Source of the DNA: an uncultured virus (IMG/VR IMGVR_UViG_3300032038_000017)
Taxonomy: Duplodnaviria; Heunggongvirae; Uroviricota; Caudoviricetes
IMG/VR virus record: IMGVR_UViG_3300032038_000017
Direction: 5' to 3' (one strand)
Length of the DNA: 64,000 nt
Position 1 is the first letter of the stretch. Every line of letters begins with the position of its first letter. Below, piece by piece: positions 19,603-29,602 of the stretch. Made by a program: the position numbers and the translations under genes. Under the pieces are notes generated by a model. The model was not told the origin of the DNA and did no database searches. It saw only the letters and a program-made list of their open reading frames with translations.

Positions 19603-20067
19603 TTAGTCAAGTGGAATGACTTCTGCAAGTCCTTTTTCTTTCAATTCAAAAAAAGACTTACATTCCAAGTCAATCAAAAAGCCATAATCGTCACCGAAAA
19701 CACGGCTCAATCTTTTGTCTGCTCTTTCGCAAGCCTTGTAAATCTTTTCTGCTTTGCGTGAATTCGTATCATAACCGAGATTGTAGCAAAAGTCGGTAAG
19801 GTTTATGCTACTACGGAAAGCCATACCGTCAGACGCATAGCAAGAAATGGCACTGATTGCACCGTCGCCATCTTCTGCATTAGGGTCTACGATTGAACCC
19901 CAAAAATCAAACGAAAATCTCTTGCGTGTCTTGCAATTCATTACAGAAACACGGTTGTGCTGGTTTGCCGAAGAATCCCAATAAGGATTGTCCTTTTCAC
20001 AAGCGTGGTCAACAAGAATACGGATTGTTTCGTTGTTGTTTTCGTTTTTAAGTTTAAGACCAAACAT
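19603..20067 (-). CDS. hypothetical protein
   Basis: degenerate element and RBS. Confidence 0.85.
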   Translation of the reverse strand: MFGLKLKNENNNETIRILVDHACEKDNPYWDSSANQHNRVSVMNCKTRKRFSFDFWGSIVDPNAEDGDGAISAISCYASDGMAFRSSINLTDFCYNLGYDTNSRKAEKIYKACERADKRLSRVFGDDYGFLIDLECKSFFELKEKGLAEVIPLD

Positions 20068-20291
20068 AACTTTGTCCCCCTATGCCTTATATATTGTAAC
20101 ATTAACGGTGTCTATCCTGCAAGTTTTTCAACAATCTTTGGGAAGAAGAATAATTCCCCAAAGTAAAGAATCCAAAAAACAACATCAAACAAGATACATC
20201 CCAAGATTGCCTTAAAGAATCTTTTATCGTTTTTGAATACACCGATAAAAAAGAAAACTACTCCCAAAGTCATTAAAAGCATAAGCAACCC

Positions 20292-20474
20292 CTAGAAAAA
20301 CATTTTTCTAAGTTTTTTAGAAACACAAACGGCAACCACGCAACCCAATGTAAATGCACAAAAGCCAAGTGCGAACGGTGAACCGTCAAACCAATTATTG
20401 AAAGCGTAAGCGTGTCCTTCGAAAGAACCACAAGCAAACAACCAATCAAAACCTTTTTCCATAACTTCCAACAT
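20292..20474 (-). CDS. small membrane protein
   Basis: hydrophobic C-terminal segment; element and RBS. Confidence 0.65.
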   Translation of the reverse strand: MLEVMEKGFDWLFACGSFEGHAYAFNNWFDGSPFALGFCAFTLGCVVAVCVSKKLRKMFF

Positions 20475-20638
20475 AATTTTTAACCCCCTAATTATCGTTG
20501 ATACCTTATCTATTATAACCTTAGACAGTATTTACCCTGATAAAAAGAAAGGGGCAAGCACGGCATAGGAAAGGGGGATTTCCTAAGAAAAAAGCCGTGA
20601 ACTTGCCCCGAAAAATTTTTCTGTTAATTATGTATTTT

Positions 20639-20863
20639 TCAGATAGCCGTTTCAAGGCTATTGATTTCCCTTATCAAATCTGAACAGATACAAGCCATGT
20701 CTTTCAAGTCGCTTTTTGTAGCGTTTACATTATCCGTTACAAAAATAGTCCTAGCAAAATGACTGTAAAACTTATCAAATTGTTCTTTCAAATTTGCAAT
20801 GTAATTCAAGTGTGTACTTGAAGATGGGTTTTCGTGAATCATTGTCTGAACTGTTTTTTCCAT
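20639..20863 (-). CDS. hypothetical protein
   Basis: ORF directly after element. Confidence 0.7.
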   Translation of the reverse strand: MEKTVQTMIHENPSSSTHLNYIANLKEQFDKFYSHFARTIFVTDNVNATKSDLKDMACICSDLIREINSLETAI

Positions 20864-20920
20864 AGCAATACCTTTATTATAACCTAGCGTGAAATCTACC
20901 CCGAAGGGTAGAATTTGTTT

Positions 20921-21328
20921 TTAGCCTTTTACACGCTTAATGTAGCACAGTTCGGAATCGCCACCGTACTGAACACCGTGATACTTCTTGTCGCCAATCT
21001 TGAACCAAACATTTCTCTGAATGTAAGCAATGTTATGATAACCAACAGAACCATAAGCCTTTATTTTCAAAGTTCCTGGCCAATTGCGAATTTCATAGCT
21101 TTCAGAGTTCGCATAGCCACTTCTGAACTTGTAAGGGTTTACGGCATTTTCGACATGAAGATACTGAACAACACGCTCGCCTTCTTTAAGGTTTTCAAGT
21201 TCCTTCAAGTCACGCTTGCCACAACAAGCAAAGCACACCTTGTGTCCGTCTTTATCAGTTCCGTACCCAGTGTCAAAATCGTAATGCTTTACGAACTTGC
21301 CACCACAGTCAAAACAAACTTCTTCCAT
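20921..21328 (-). CDS. hypothetical protein with two CxxC pairs
   Basis: CFDC and CFACC; element and RBS. Confidence 0.85.
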   Translation of the reverse strand: MEEVCFDCGGKFVKHYDFDTGYGTDKDGHKVCFACCGKRDLKELENLKEGERVVQYLHVENAVNPYKFRSGYANSESYEIRNWPGTLKIKAYGSVGYHNIAYIQRNVWFKIGDKKYHGVQYGGDSELCYIKRVKG

Positions 21329-21372
21329 TGTAATTCTCCTTATACCTTACAGATTATAACCCTACAAGTTTT

Positions 21373-21597
21373 CTACCCTGCAAGTTGAAGTTTTTCGACT
21401 TCTTGATAAGAATAAGAACTTACATATGGAAATGGGTCATAGAATGGGTCGTCCTCATCCATAGAATAGGCTTCCAATTCTTCTTCTGCCGTTTTGTTCT
21501 GACAGTATTTTTTTACTTCTTCTTCGGTACATTCGATAACACCATTCAAGTATTTGTGTCCGTCTAATGTTTCCCAAATTACAAAAGTCTTTTTCAT
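21373..21597 (-). CDS. hypothetical protein
   Basis: element and RBS; stop inside next element. Confidence 0.75.
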   Translation of the reverse strand: MKKTFVIWETLDGHKYLNGVIECTEEEVKKYCQNKTAEEELEAYSMDEDDPFYDPFPYVSSYSYQEVEKLQLAG

Positions 21598-21651
21598 TGG
21601 TATTTTCCCCCACGCTAGATTTATTATAACCTAGCGTGGGGTTTACCCTGA

Positions 21652-21783
21652 CTACTTCCAAAGAAGTGCTTGTGGGTATTCGGCAATTCGTTCTGCCGTG
21701 TGTTCGATTGCTTTAACCCAATCGTAAGTTCCGTTTTTGATTGCCTTTTTGATAGCAATTACTTTTTCTGACTTTTTAGCCAT
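21652..21783 (-). CDS. 43-aa FlgM-like (anti-sigma-28 C-terminal) peptide (not in ORF track)
   Basis: MAKKSEKVIAIKKAIKNGTYDWVKAIEHTAERIAEYPQALLWK; GGGG RBS; matches the EKV..IK.AI..G.Y pattern of FlgM. Confidence 0.6.
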   Translation of the reverse strand: MAKKSEKVIAIKKAIKNGTYDWVKAIEHTAERIAEYPQALLWK

Positions 21784-21787
21784 AGTG

Positions 21788-22147
21788 TTACCCCATGTAT
21801 GTGAATTTTTTGCCTACATTATAGCGAAGTCTTGAACTAACCCCACTACGCATAAGGCTTTCATAGTTTTCTGCTTTTTCAATGTATTCCATAGGAATCT
21901 TTACAGTAGCAGTACCTTTACATTCCCAATCACCACTTGTGTAGCCAACTGAAACAAAATAACCACAACCACTTGAAACTTGCTTCATCCCTTTTTTCCA
22001 AACTTCAAATTTAAGTGTGTTACCTTTTCGTGAAAGATACTTGAACTTGTATGAGGGACTGTGCCAGTCCCAATCGTCCCAAACCCAACCTTTTTCACTG
22101 TATGATTTTACTTCTTTGTTCCGTGAATTGATTGTTTTGATGTCCAT
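21788..22147 (-). CDS. hypothetical protein
   Basis: element and RBS. Confidence 0.8.
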   Translation of the reverse strand: MDIKTINSRNKEVKSYSEKGWVWDDWDWHSPSYKFKYLSRKGNTLKFEVWKKGMKQVSSGCGYFVSVGYTSGDWECKGTATVKIPMEYIEKAENYESLMRSGVSSRLRYNVGKKFTYMG

Positions 22148-22190
22148 TGTATTGTCCCCCTTGACACCTTATTTATTATAATCTTACGGA

Positions 22191-22463
22191 TTATTTACCC
22201 CGATAGCCAATTCTACCTTCTTTATCAGTGAAGATTGACTGAATGTGTTTTTTTACATCGGCTATATCTTCTTTTTTCAAATCTGTTGACACCAAGCAAC
22301 CACCAAGATAAAAACCAACCTTTTTCGGTATGTAATCATAACCGTAAACACGGTATTCCTTAAACATTCTGTCATATTCATAGCCAACAAGTGCTAATTC
22401 GTGATAAATGTATGGGTCTTTATCGTCAAAGACATCTTCAAAGTATGTATAATTCTTTTTCAT
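22191..22463 (-). CDS. hypothetical protein
   Basis: element upstream; ends inside next element. Confidence 0.75.
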   Translation of the reverse strand: MKKNYTYFEDVFDDKDPYIYHELALVGYEYDRMFKEYRVYGYDYIPKKVGFYLGGCLVSTDLKKEDIADVKKHIQSIFTDKEGRIGYRGK

Positions 22464-22954
22464 TGTTGACACCTTATAGTATATTTATTATAACCTTATC
22501 GGAAATTTATCCTGACAACTTTAATAAAAAAGCAAGGGTGGCAAGGACACCGAAGTCACTTACCACCCCAAAATGCAAGTCACACGATTTGCGACTATTC
22601 GCGGCTAAAATCTCATTATACTTATAATCTACCTTAAAACTTTTATGTTACGGATAGTGCATAAGCGTTTCCTTTCAAAACTGTTGTCGCACCGTTGCGA
22701 CTTTTGTCGGTTACAGAACCCATAGCATCCACCGTCTACTTCGTCTGCAACCTTGAATTAAGTTCTAATACTCGTCATAATTATAAACTACTAAAACCTA
22801 ATTCTGCTAAGTCATAAGCCGTCCTTCCACGCTTGTGGTACTTAAACTCATTACTTCTCGATTAGTTGCCGATTGTGGTCTCTTACCACCAACAACATCC
22901 TATTCGCTGCTATGCCTTTATTATTATAACCTTTTCGGTGTTTACCCTGCAAGG

Positions 22955-23128
22955 TTAAAATTCGATTTTGTCAAGTTCTGCACGAATCTTGTTCAACTTG
23001 CTTTCAACAGTTTCAACATAGAAATTGTTTACTTCACCAACTTTTCCACCGTCTGTAAGCGATTTCTGAATAGCGTCAAGTTCCTTACGAATGTTCCGTT
23101 CGATAAGTGCCAAATCTTTTCCTTTCAT
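22955..23128 (-). CDS. 57-aa hypothetical protein (not in ORF track)
   Basis: element, AGGGG, MKGKDLALIERNIRKELD... Confidence 0.7.
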   Translation of the reverse strand: MKGKDLALIERNIRKELDAIQKSLTDGGKVGEVNNFYVETVESKLNKIRAELDKIEF

Positions 23129-23305
23129 TTCGTTGCCCCTTATACCTTTATTATTATAACCTTATCTGTATTTACCCTGGAAGCCCAGTAAACTCCCAAG
23201 CCTTTATATATACGCATATATAATAAATAATAATTAAAAATAAATAAAAATAAAAAAGCCGAAAAAAACAATAAAAAAGGCTAGGAATTTTCCTAGCCGT
23301 TATCT

Positions 23306-24193
23306 TTATGCGTTCTTTAATCCACTTAAAAGGTATTCGATTACCTTTACAGTCCAACCGTTGCCAACCCCATAGATACGCTTACTGTCTGACTTCAAGA
23401 CTTTTGTGTAATTGTCTGGAAGTGTCTGCAAGCGTTCTGCCTCAATCGGATGGATGTAGCGATATGAAGTGCCACCAAGCCAAATGTTACACTTATCACG
23501 ACCACAAGCCGTAATAGTAGGCATTTTGCCGTCAATCCTTGCCCTATTCTGTTGTGAATACCAACCTTTGCCACTTGAGTCCCATTTTACTACACAACCG
23601 TCTGCCGACACTTTCATAGTGTCTTTGTACTTGTCAAATGACTTTACCTTGTAGGTATTGTCATAAATGATTGACTGAACTGTGTCTGTGCAAGGTTTCG
23701 GCTTTGCACCTAATGGAATGTTAGTCCAATAGTAACGGTGTCTTACTTGTGCCGAGAAGTCTGCCGAATTCAATTCGATAGGCTCGTGTCCGAAGGCTTT
23801 TGTGATTTCTGCCTTAATTTCGTCTGACATACTTGCATTGTTTTCATACAAGTAGTATTTAGGCTTTGCCTCACGCAAGGCTCGCATATACTGATTGAAC
23901 AATTCAAAACCAAAACCACTTGAAGTAGTTTCACGGTTATTGCTACCACGACTGATAGACCAATAAGTGCAAGGCGAGCCACCAATAAGCAAGTCATAAA
24001 CACCCTCTTTGTATTCTGCATTGAATACATCGCCTTTGTGTTCAATGTCCTTCCAATTATCTTCTGAAACGGCAATAGCATTTTCGTCAATTTCATAAGC
24101 CGTGTACTTGCCAACTTTCAAACCAAGTCTGTCAAGTGCAACACGACCACAACTGATTCCGTCAAACAAAGATAATACATTAACTATTTCCAT
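23306..24193 (-). CDS. DNA (cytosine-5)-methyltransferase
   Basis: motif I SLFDGISCG, catalytic GGSPC, motif VI YENN, QVRHRYYW, EAERLQTLPDNYT, GNGW. Confidence 0.93.
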   Translation of the reverse strand: MEIVNVLSLFDGISCGRVALDRLGLKVGKYTAYEIDENAIAVSEDNWKDIEHKGDVFNAEYKEGVYDLLIGGSPCTYWSISRGSNNRETTSSGFGFELFNQYMRALREAKPKYYLYENNASMSDEIKAEITKAFGHEPIELNSADFSAQVRHRYYWTNIPLGAKPKPCTDTVQSIIYDNTYKVKSFDKYKDTMKVSADGCVVKWDSSGKGWYSQQNRARIDGKMPTITACGRDKCNIWLGGTSYRYIHPIEAERLQTLPDNYTKVLKSDSKRIYGVGNGWTVKVIEYLLSGLKNA

Positions 24194-24430
24194 TGTTAGT
24201 TAATCCCCCAAATTTGATTTATACTTTATAAATTATAACCTTGAAAGAGTTCTACCCTGATATATTAATAAAGGCACGGATTTTATTTCTCCGTGCCGTT
24301 TATTCTTACTTTCTTAAAACCCAAGTGGCTTTAATACTGTCTGTCGGAATGATTGGTGTAACCCACGCTTTGTAAACATCGTTAGCCAACAACTCCTTCC
24401 AATTAGGCTTTTTAGCCTTTTTCTTTTTCA

Positions 24431-24676
24431 TTAGCACTCCAAGCCAAGTTTCTTCATAAGAACACGACCAACGGCAAATTTAATGTCGTCATCGTTCCAA
24501 GTACCATTTTCTTTGAAAGCCGAGGTTTCTACAACATCTGCAACTACTTCGTCAAGAATAGCACGGCGAATGTCATAAACATAATCGTCTGAAATTGCCG
24601 ACTTCAAGTTTCTGTCCAAGAAGTAGTGAACATCGTCTTTGAGTCTTTCATAGTCTGTCTTAATCTCTGGCCACAT
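24431..24676 (-). CDS. hypothetical protein
   Basis: element and RBS. Confidence 0.8.
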   Translation of the reverse strand: MWPEIKTDYERLKDDVHYFLDRNLKSAISDDYVYDIRRAILDEVVADVVETSAFKENGTWNDDDIKFAVGRVLMKKLGLEC

Positions 24677-24766
24677 AGTTTATCCCCCTATACGATTATT
24701 ATTATAACCATACCAGTTGTTTACCCTGGCAAAGTGGTAAGGACATAAATGTCCCTACCAAACTTT

Positions 24767-25111
24767 TTACTTATTCAAGATTTCTTTAAGCATGCCTTTA
24801 ATTGTTCGTGTATCACCAACCAACTTGAATTCCTTTGTTTCAAAGTTGTCGCCACAAACAAGCGTTACGACATTATTTTCCAAACAGAATCCATAGTCGA
24901 TGTAGTGTTCAAAGTCATCGTATGGGTCATTAGGTTGCTCTTCAATCCCACAAATTTTCTGCAATTCCTTAGTAGGATTGAAATTCAGTTCTGCAATTTT
25001 GCCGTCCTCGCCCATGTCAATAATCATTGTATCCGTAAGTGCCTTGACATACTTTTTTACAAAATCACCAAAGTTTTTCATTTCGATTGTAGGTAATTTT
25101 TCTTTTGCCAT
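24767..25111 (-). CDS. hypothetical protein
   Basis: element and RBS. Confidence 0.8.
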   Translation of the reverse strand: MAKEKLPTIEMKNFGDFVKKYVKALTDTMIIDMGEDGKIAELNFNPTKELQKICGIEEQPNDPYDDFEHYIDYGFCLENNVVTLVCGDNFETKEFKLVGDTRTIKGMLKEILNK

Positions 25112-25221
25112 TATGTTTATTCCTTTACATTTACAAGATTATAACCTTATGGTATATTTACCCCGTGTGAATAACAAAAAGGCAAGCAACCAATTAAGGT
25201 CACTTGCCTAGCAATTCTTTT

Positions 25222-25641
25222 TTAGTTACCACCCCAACCTTGATTTGGGTCATCCCAACAAGGTTTTGCACTTTCGTAAGGGATTTCATACTGAACAATT
25301 TTCAACGGATACTTCATAGTTGCCGTTGTGTTGTAGTTACCCTTTGCAAACTTGCTTATGTTTTTGTCCTTTGGTGTGAAGTACAAGTCTATGCCGTCAA
25401 TTCTGTCGTCACCCAATCCGTTCCACTTTGCCAAAACGGAATAAGCGTCTACGGCATTGCCGTCATCGTCATAGAATTCGCCATAACCTTCGTAGTTATG
25501 CTTTACCTTGTAAGAACCACCACCGAACTCCTTTGGAATTAAAAGGAAAGCGTCTTTTGTGCAATTCTGCAATCCTTTACGGATGTCGTGGCAAACAAGT
25601 GCGTGTTCTGAATCAGAACAAATCCAACTGAACATTCCCAT
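25222..25641 (-). CDS. phage hypothetical protein (MGMFSW..YEGYGEF..DPNQGW type)
   Basis: element and RBS. Confidence 0.85.
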   Translation of the reverse strand: MGMFSWICSDSEHALVCHDIRKGLQNCTKDAFLLIPKEFGGGSYKVKHNYEGYGEFYDDDGNAVDAYSVLAKWNGLGDDRIDGIDLYFTPKDKNISKFAKGNYNTTATMKYPLKIVQYEIPYESAKPCWDDPNQGWGGN

Positions 25642-25678
25642 AGTTTAGTTATCTCCTTATGCCGATAAGATTATAACC

Positions 25679-25915
25679 TTAAAGGTTACTTACCCTGATA
25701 GCATCTTCGATTGACATAACGCTTGCCGTATCACGATAATAAGGCAACCTTAACAAAGTGAACATAGCACCCAAACAAGTCTTGAATTTCTGTGCGTAGG
25801 TCAAATCAGAAATACATTCAACAACAAGTTTGTCTTTTTTCTGCAAGAACATAGCACGATGATTGCCATTCTGCATTTTTGTTTTACCTACATAGATAAC
25901 ATACTTCTTTTCCAT
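25679..25915 (-). CDS. hypothetical protein
   Basis: ORF ending inside element. Confidence 0.7.
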   Translation of the reverse strand: MEKKYVIYVGKTKMQNGNHRAMFLQKKDKLVVECISDLTYAQKFKTCLGAMFTLLRLPYYRDTASVMSIEDAIRVSNL

Positions 25916-25958
25916 AGTTTTCCCTAGACTAAAAGGGCGATTGCTCGCCCCTTGCGTT

Positions 25959-26144
25959 TTAGTCGTCTAAATCGTCAATCGCATCCTTCAAGTAAGGGAT
26001 AAGATTGTTGATAACTTCTTCTTTGGTAGAACCATTTACAGAAATACCACTTTCGTTATCGCCACCCAAGAAGATTGAGTATCCACTCTCACCACCTTCT
26101 TCCCACTTTACGAATGAAATGCCTTTGTCGATTACATTTTCCAT
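25959..26144 (-). CDS. hypothetical protein
   Basis: element and RBS. Confidence 0.75.
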   Translation of the reverse strand: MENVIDKGISFVKWEEGGESGYSIFLGGDNESGISVNGSTKEEVINNLIPYLKDAIDDLDD

Positions 26145-26204
26145 AGTGCTTTATCTCCTATGCCTTATCTATTATAACCCTATGGGGTGTTTACCCCGTA
26201 GAAG

Positions 26205-26423
26205 TTATTTCTTTTCCTTACGGATTTCAAGCATTTTATCTGCCAAGTCGTATGCCATTCGTACAGTTTCGTCTGCACTGTTCATAGGTTTCTGCAACAA
26301 AGCGTTTAATGCGTTCATAGCAAATTGGTCACGCAATGTCGGTGTATTTTCCCTAATGGCATCACTTGCCATTGCCATTCTTTCGGCTAACACATAGCCT
26401 TCCTTAGTTTCCCAAACATTCAT
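26205..26423 (-). CDS. phage hypothetical protein (TLRDQFAM..AYDLADKML type)
   Basis: GGAG RBS. Confidence 0.8.
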   Translation of the reverse strand: MNVWETKEGYVLAERMAMASDAIRENTPTLRDQFAMNALNALLQKPMNSADETVRMAYDLADKMLEIRKEKK

Positions 26424-26426
26424 AAG

Positions 26427-26603
26427 TTATCTCCACTGATGGATTGTTACGGCAAATTCCCTTCCGTCTTTTGTCTGCATTACAAAGCCGACATCGTGTG
26501 TGCAATAGCCACTATCTTCGATAGCAACGATTGACTGAACATCGTCCTCGAACTCATCTGAACAAATGTCCATTAACTGTTCTTTGATTGTGTATTCATC
26601 CAT
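26427..26603 (-). CDS. 58-aa hypothetical protein (not in ORF track)
   Basis: element, AAGGAG, MDEYTIKEQLMDIC... Confidence 0.7.
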   Translation of the reverse strand: MDEYTIKEQLMDICSDEFEDDVQSIVAIEDSGYCTHDVGFVMQTKDGREFAVTIHQWR

Positions 26604-26674
26604 AGGTTTAATCTCCTTATACCTATAAAATTATAACCTTGCAAGGTATTTACCCTGACAAGGCTATTTTCAGT

Positions 26675-26932
26675 TTAGCAACCCCAAAGGTCGTCTACTT
26701 CTGTCTTGCGTTCGAGCAACTGTGAAACAATTGAACAGTATCGGTCGTATTCGGAACTGTTAGGGTCACAAGCACTCATTCCCTTACTGTAGAAATTGAT
26801 TGCCGAACCCCTTGCCATTTCTTTTGTTTCACGATAGCAAGTTACCTTTACTTTTTCGTTTAATTCGTCTGCCGAAAAACGAACCTTACCACTGTCGGTT
26901 ACATACACGCAAGCCTTTCTGAACTTTGCCAT
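26675..26932 (-). CDS. hypothetical protein
   Basis: element and RBS. Confidence 0.8.
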   Translation of the reverse strand: MAKFRKACVYVTDSGKVRFSADELNEKVKVTCYRETKEMARGSAINFYSKGMSACDPNSSEYDRYCSIVSQLLERKTEVDDLWGC

Positions 26933-27021
26933 AGATTATCTCCTATACCCATAAAATTATAACCTTGCCAGTTGTTTACCCTGAATAAAATAAAAAAGGG
27001 GCAAGTTCTGCCCCTTGTTGT

Positions 27022-27549
27022 TTATGCAACAATTTCAAGTTTTTTTGTAAGTTCTTCGTGTTCTTTGGCAAGTCGGAATTCGATTGACTTTTTTGCAAGT
27101 TCCATCCAACCCTTGCCATCAGACTCAAGTGCAATTCTTAATTCTGTTAGAACTTGTTTAATTTCAGAATCACTAGGTTTTGTCTTTGAAGATTGACCCT
27201 CATACTCGTACTTGCCAATCCATTCAGGAATAGTAGGAATAATCAAGTTGTTAAAAAAGTAGAGCGTATCATCTTTAGGCTCATAACGGAGCTTATTGAA
27301 CCAAACCCCTATTACAATGTTATTGTGTTCGTCACAATTAAACAGAAATCTCGCTCCGTCTTTTCGTAAATCTTCGGAATTTGCGTATTCTGTGTATTGC
27401 TTACAGAAATCGAAAACTTCCTTCATTATTGTTGCCAATCTGTCGGCAAGTTGATACACTTCCAAGTCACGCTCTGCGATTTTTTCTGCAATTTCAAAAC
27501 GCAACTTATCGTTTGATTTTTTCAAATCTTCTAGGTAATTGTCTTTCAT
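27022..27549 (-). CDS. hypothetical protein
   Basis: element and RBS. Confidence 0.85.
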   Translation of the reverse strand: MKDNYLEDLKKSNDKLRFEIAEKIAERDLEVYQLADRLATIMKEVFDFCKQYTEYANSEDLRKDGARFLFNCDEHNNIVIGVWFNKLRYEPKDDTLYFFNNLIIPTIPEWIGKYEYEGQSSKTKPSDSEIKQVLTELRIALESDGKGWMELAKKSIEFRLAKEHEELTKKLEIVA

Positions 27550-27606
27550 TGTTTCCCCCTTATGCTAGGATAATTATAACCCTAGCATTGGTTTACCCTG
27601 GGCAGT

Positions 27607-27834
27607 TTAGATAATAAAGTTTTTACGAATTTCTTCGTCAAAGAACATCTGTGTTTTCAATGAGAAAGCCTTCGCATTTTTCTTTACATAGGTTGCCGAC
27701 CAATTACTTGTAGAACAAATGTCAAATCCGTCTTTATTGTTTATAATGGCGATTTTCAATCCGTTCTTTGTCTTATTGACCTTCAATTCACAACCAACTG
27801 TTTTTGCCCTTTTTGCGTAATCCTTAATGTTCAT
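27607..27834 (-). CDS. hypothetical protein
   Basis: element and RBS. Confidence 0.75.
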   Translation of the reverse strand: MNIKDYAKRAKTVGCELKVNKTKNGLKIAIINNKDGFDICSTSNWSATYVKKNAKAFSLKTQMFFDEEIRKNFII

Positions 27835-27929
27835 AATGTTTCCTTGTGCAAAATAAATTATAACCTTACAATAGAACTACCCTGAATAAAATAAAAGCCT
27901 ACCCTATTGTTAGGGTAGACTATCCGATT

Positions 27930-28217
27930 TTATTCTTCTTCGATTTTGTCTTTGAAGAACTCGGCAATTTCTTTTTTGGAATAAGAACCGATGCTTACGC
28001 CTTCTTGTTTCAAAAATTCCTTGACATGGCGAAGGGTTGTATCGCTTGCATCCCAAGAAGTTGTAAGTGCAACATTTCCATTACGGATTCTGACAACTTC
28101 ATGTCCGTAGGAAATTAAAGCCTTGTCGCCATTAGGCTCAACAGAAACAAGTGCCTTGCCATAAAAAGATTTTCTTGCATCAAATCTTGCAGAAAGTTCG
28201 TAATAATTTCTTTTCAT
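27930..28217 (-). CDS. phage hypothetical protein (SFYGKA..LISY..TTLRHV type)
   Basis: element and RBS. Confidence 0.85.
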   Translation of the reverse strand: MKRNYYELSARFDARKSFYGKALVSVEPNGDKALISYGHEVVRIRNGNVALTTSWDASDTTLRHVKEFLKQEGVSIGSYSKKEIAEFFKDKIEEE

Positions 28218-28286
28218 TGTTTGTATCTCCTATACACCCATTAGATTATAACCTTGCAATGTTGCTACCCTGCAAGGATTTTGGAA

Positions 28287-28502
28287 TTACTTGTGGCTTG
28301 TTCCAAAGTTGCGTTTATGCCATTTTGCAAAGCCTTCAACGCTACAAGGATTACCCCAATTTTCAAACTGTTTTACAGTGATTTCTCCGTCACGGCAAAG
28401 TCCGTCTGTAAAAAATGTCCAAGACTGTTGCATTTCATAGTAGTCGTTGAACCCACCTTCAGAAAGATTTACAAAAGATTTCAAAGCGTTTGCCTTAGTC
28501 AT
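28287..28502 (-). CDS. hypothetical protein
   Basis: element and RBS. Confidence 0.8.
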   Translation of the reverse strand: MTKANALKSFVNLSEGGFNDYYEMQQSWTFFTDGLCRDGEITVKQFENWGNPCSVEGFAKWHKRNFGTSHK

Positions 28503-28622
28503 AACTTGTATCTCCTTATACCTTTCTTATTATAACCTTGCCGAGTTTCTACCCTGCAATAAAAAAGAAAAGCCACCAAAAAAGGTGGCTAGTCTTTTGC
28601 AGTAGATTTCCGTCAGAAAAAA

Positions 28623-28889
28623 CTAACGGATGTTTTCTTTTTTGAAGGTACGGAAAGCACCTTTCCAAGCGTCATCAAATCCTTCGATTTTATGACCGTC
28701 ACCTTTGCCGAAAGTTACGACATCGGAAACCTTGTGGTTTGCCAAATTTGTCTGAACCTTCTTCTGCTCGTCCTCAGACAAGTGTGCGAAGTCCAAGCCA
28801 CGGATGTAGTTTGAATCTTCTGCCATTACGAACACTGTGCGTTTTGCAACAGTTCCATCTGCCTTAGCGTAAACAAATGTCTTAACCAT
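28623..28889 (-). CDS. hypothetical protein, paralog of 16854..17132
   Basis: shared blocks; element and RBS. Confidence 0.88.
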   Translation of the reverse strand: MVKTFVYAKADGTVAKRTVFVMAEDSNYIRGLDFAHLSEDEQKKVQTNLANHKVSDVVTFGKGDGHKIEGFDDAWKGAFRTFKKENIR

Positions 28890-28951
28890 TATCGGTTCTC
28901 CTTATGCTTTATCTATTATAACCTTATGGGGTTGTTACCCCGATAAAGTTT

Positions 28952-29218
28952 TTATGCCTTGTGAAAGTTCCATTCGCCTTTGTACTCGTCAACAAATGTT
29001 CCGTAGCACAACTGTAAACCATCGTTAAAAAATTCTTCTGCCTTTGCAGAATCTTCCTTGTCGATTGCGAAAGCCCAATCTTGATAGTCGTCATTTTCCA
29101 ATGTTGCGTGAATCAAAATGTTTTCGCAAATCAAGTAAACCTTATCACCATGAAAGCAAACATTTCCATCTGCGTCAACTGGAAGGCTTGCTTTAAGTTT
29201 ATCCAAATCTACTTCCAT
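28952..29218 (-). CDS. hypothetical protein
   Basis: element and RBS. Confidence 0.8.
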   Translation of the reverse strand: MEVDLDKLKASLPVDADGNVCFHGDKVYLICENILIHATLENDDYQDWAFAIDKEDSAKAEEFFNDGLQLCYGTFVDEYKGEWNFHKA

Positions 29219-29270
29219 AGCGTATCTCCTTATGCCCTACAGATTATAACCATAGGGCAACGCTACCCTG

Positions 29271-29501
29271 TTAAGGAAGTTCGTAAACCTTTCCTTCTTC
29301 GTCAGAAACATTAAGCCATTCTTTTGGAATGGAAAGTTTTCTTCTCATGTATGACACATCGGCTAAATCACGAAAAAAAGCGTAACAAGTCTTTTCTTCT
29401 ATGTCGCCGTAAAAACCACCATTTTCTTCCATTCTTGCCAAGAAGTATAAGCGTGTTGGTCTGTCAATTTCTTCATTAGGTCTGAAATGAACCATTAGCA
29501 T
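29271..29501 (-). CDS. hypothetical protein
   Basis: element and RBS. Confidence 0.8.
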   Translation of the reverse strand: MLMVHFRPNEEIDRPTRLYFLARMEENGGFYGDIEEKTCYAFFRDLADVSYMRRKLSIPKEWLNVSDEEGKVYELP

Positions 29502-29602
29502 AGTTTTAATCTCCTTGTAACTTTTTTATTATAACCTTTCCGGATTTCTACCCTGAAACAAAAAGCAACCGATTTTTGAAGTCGGTTGCTAGAAAAGTTC
29601 AA

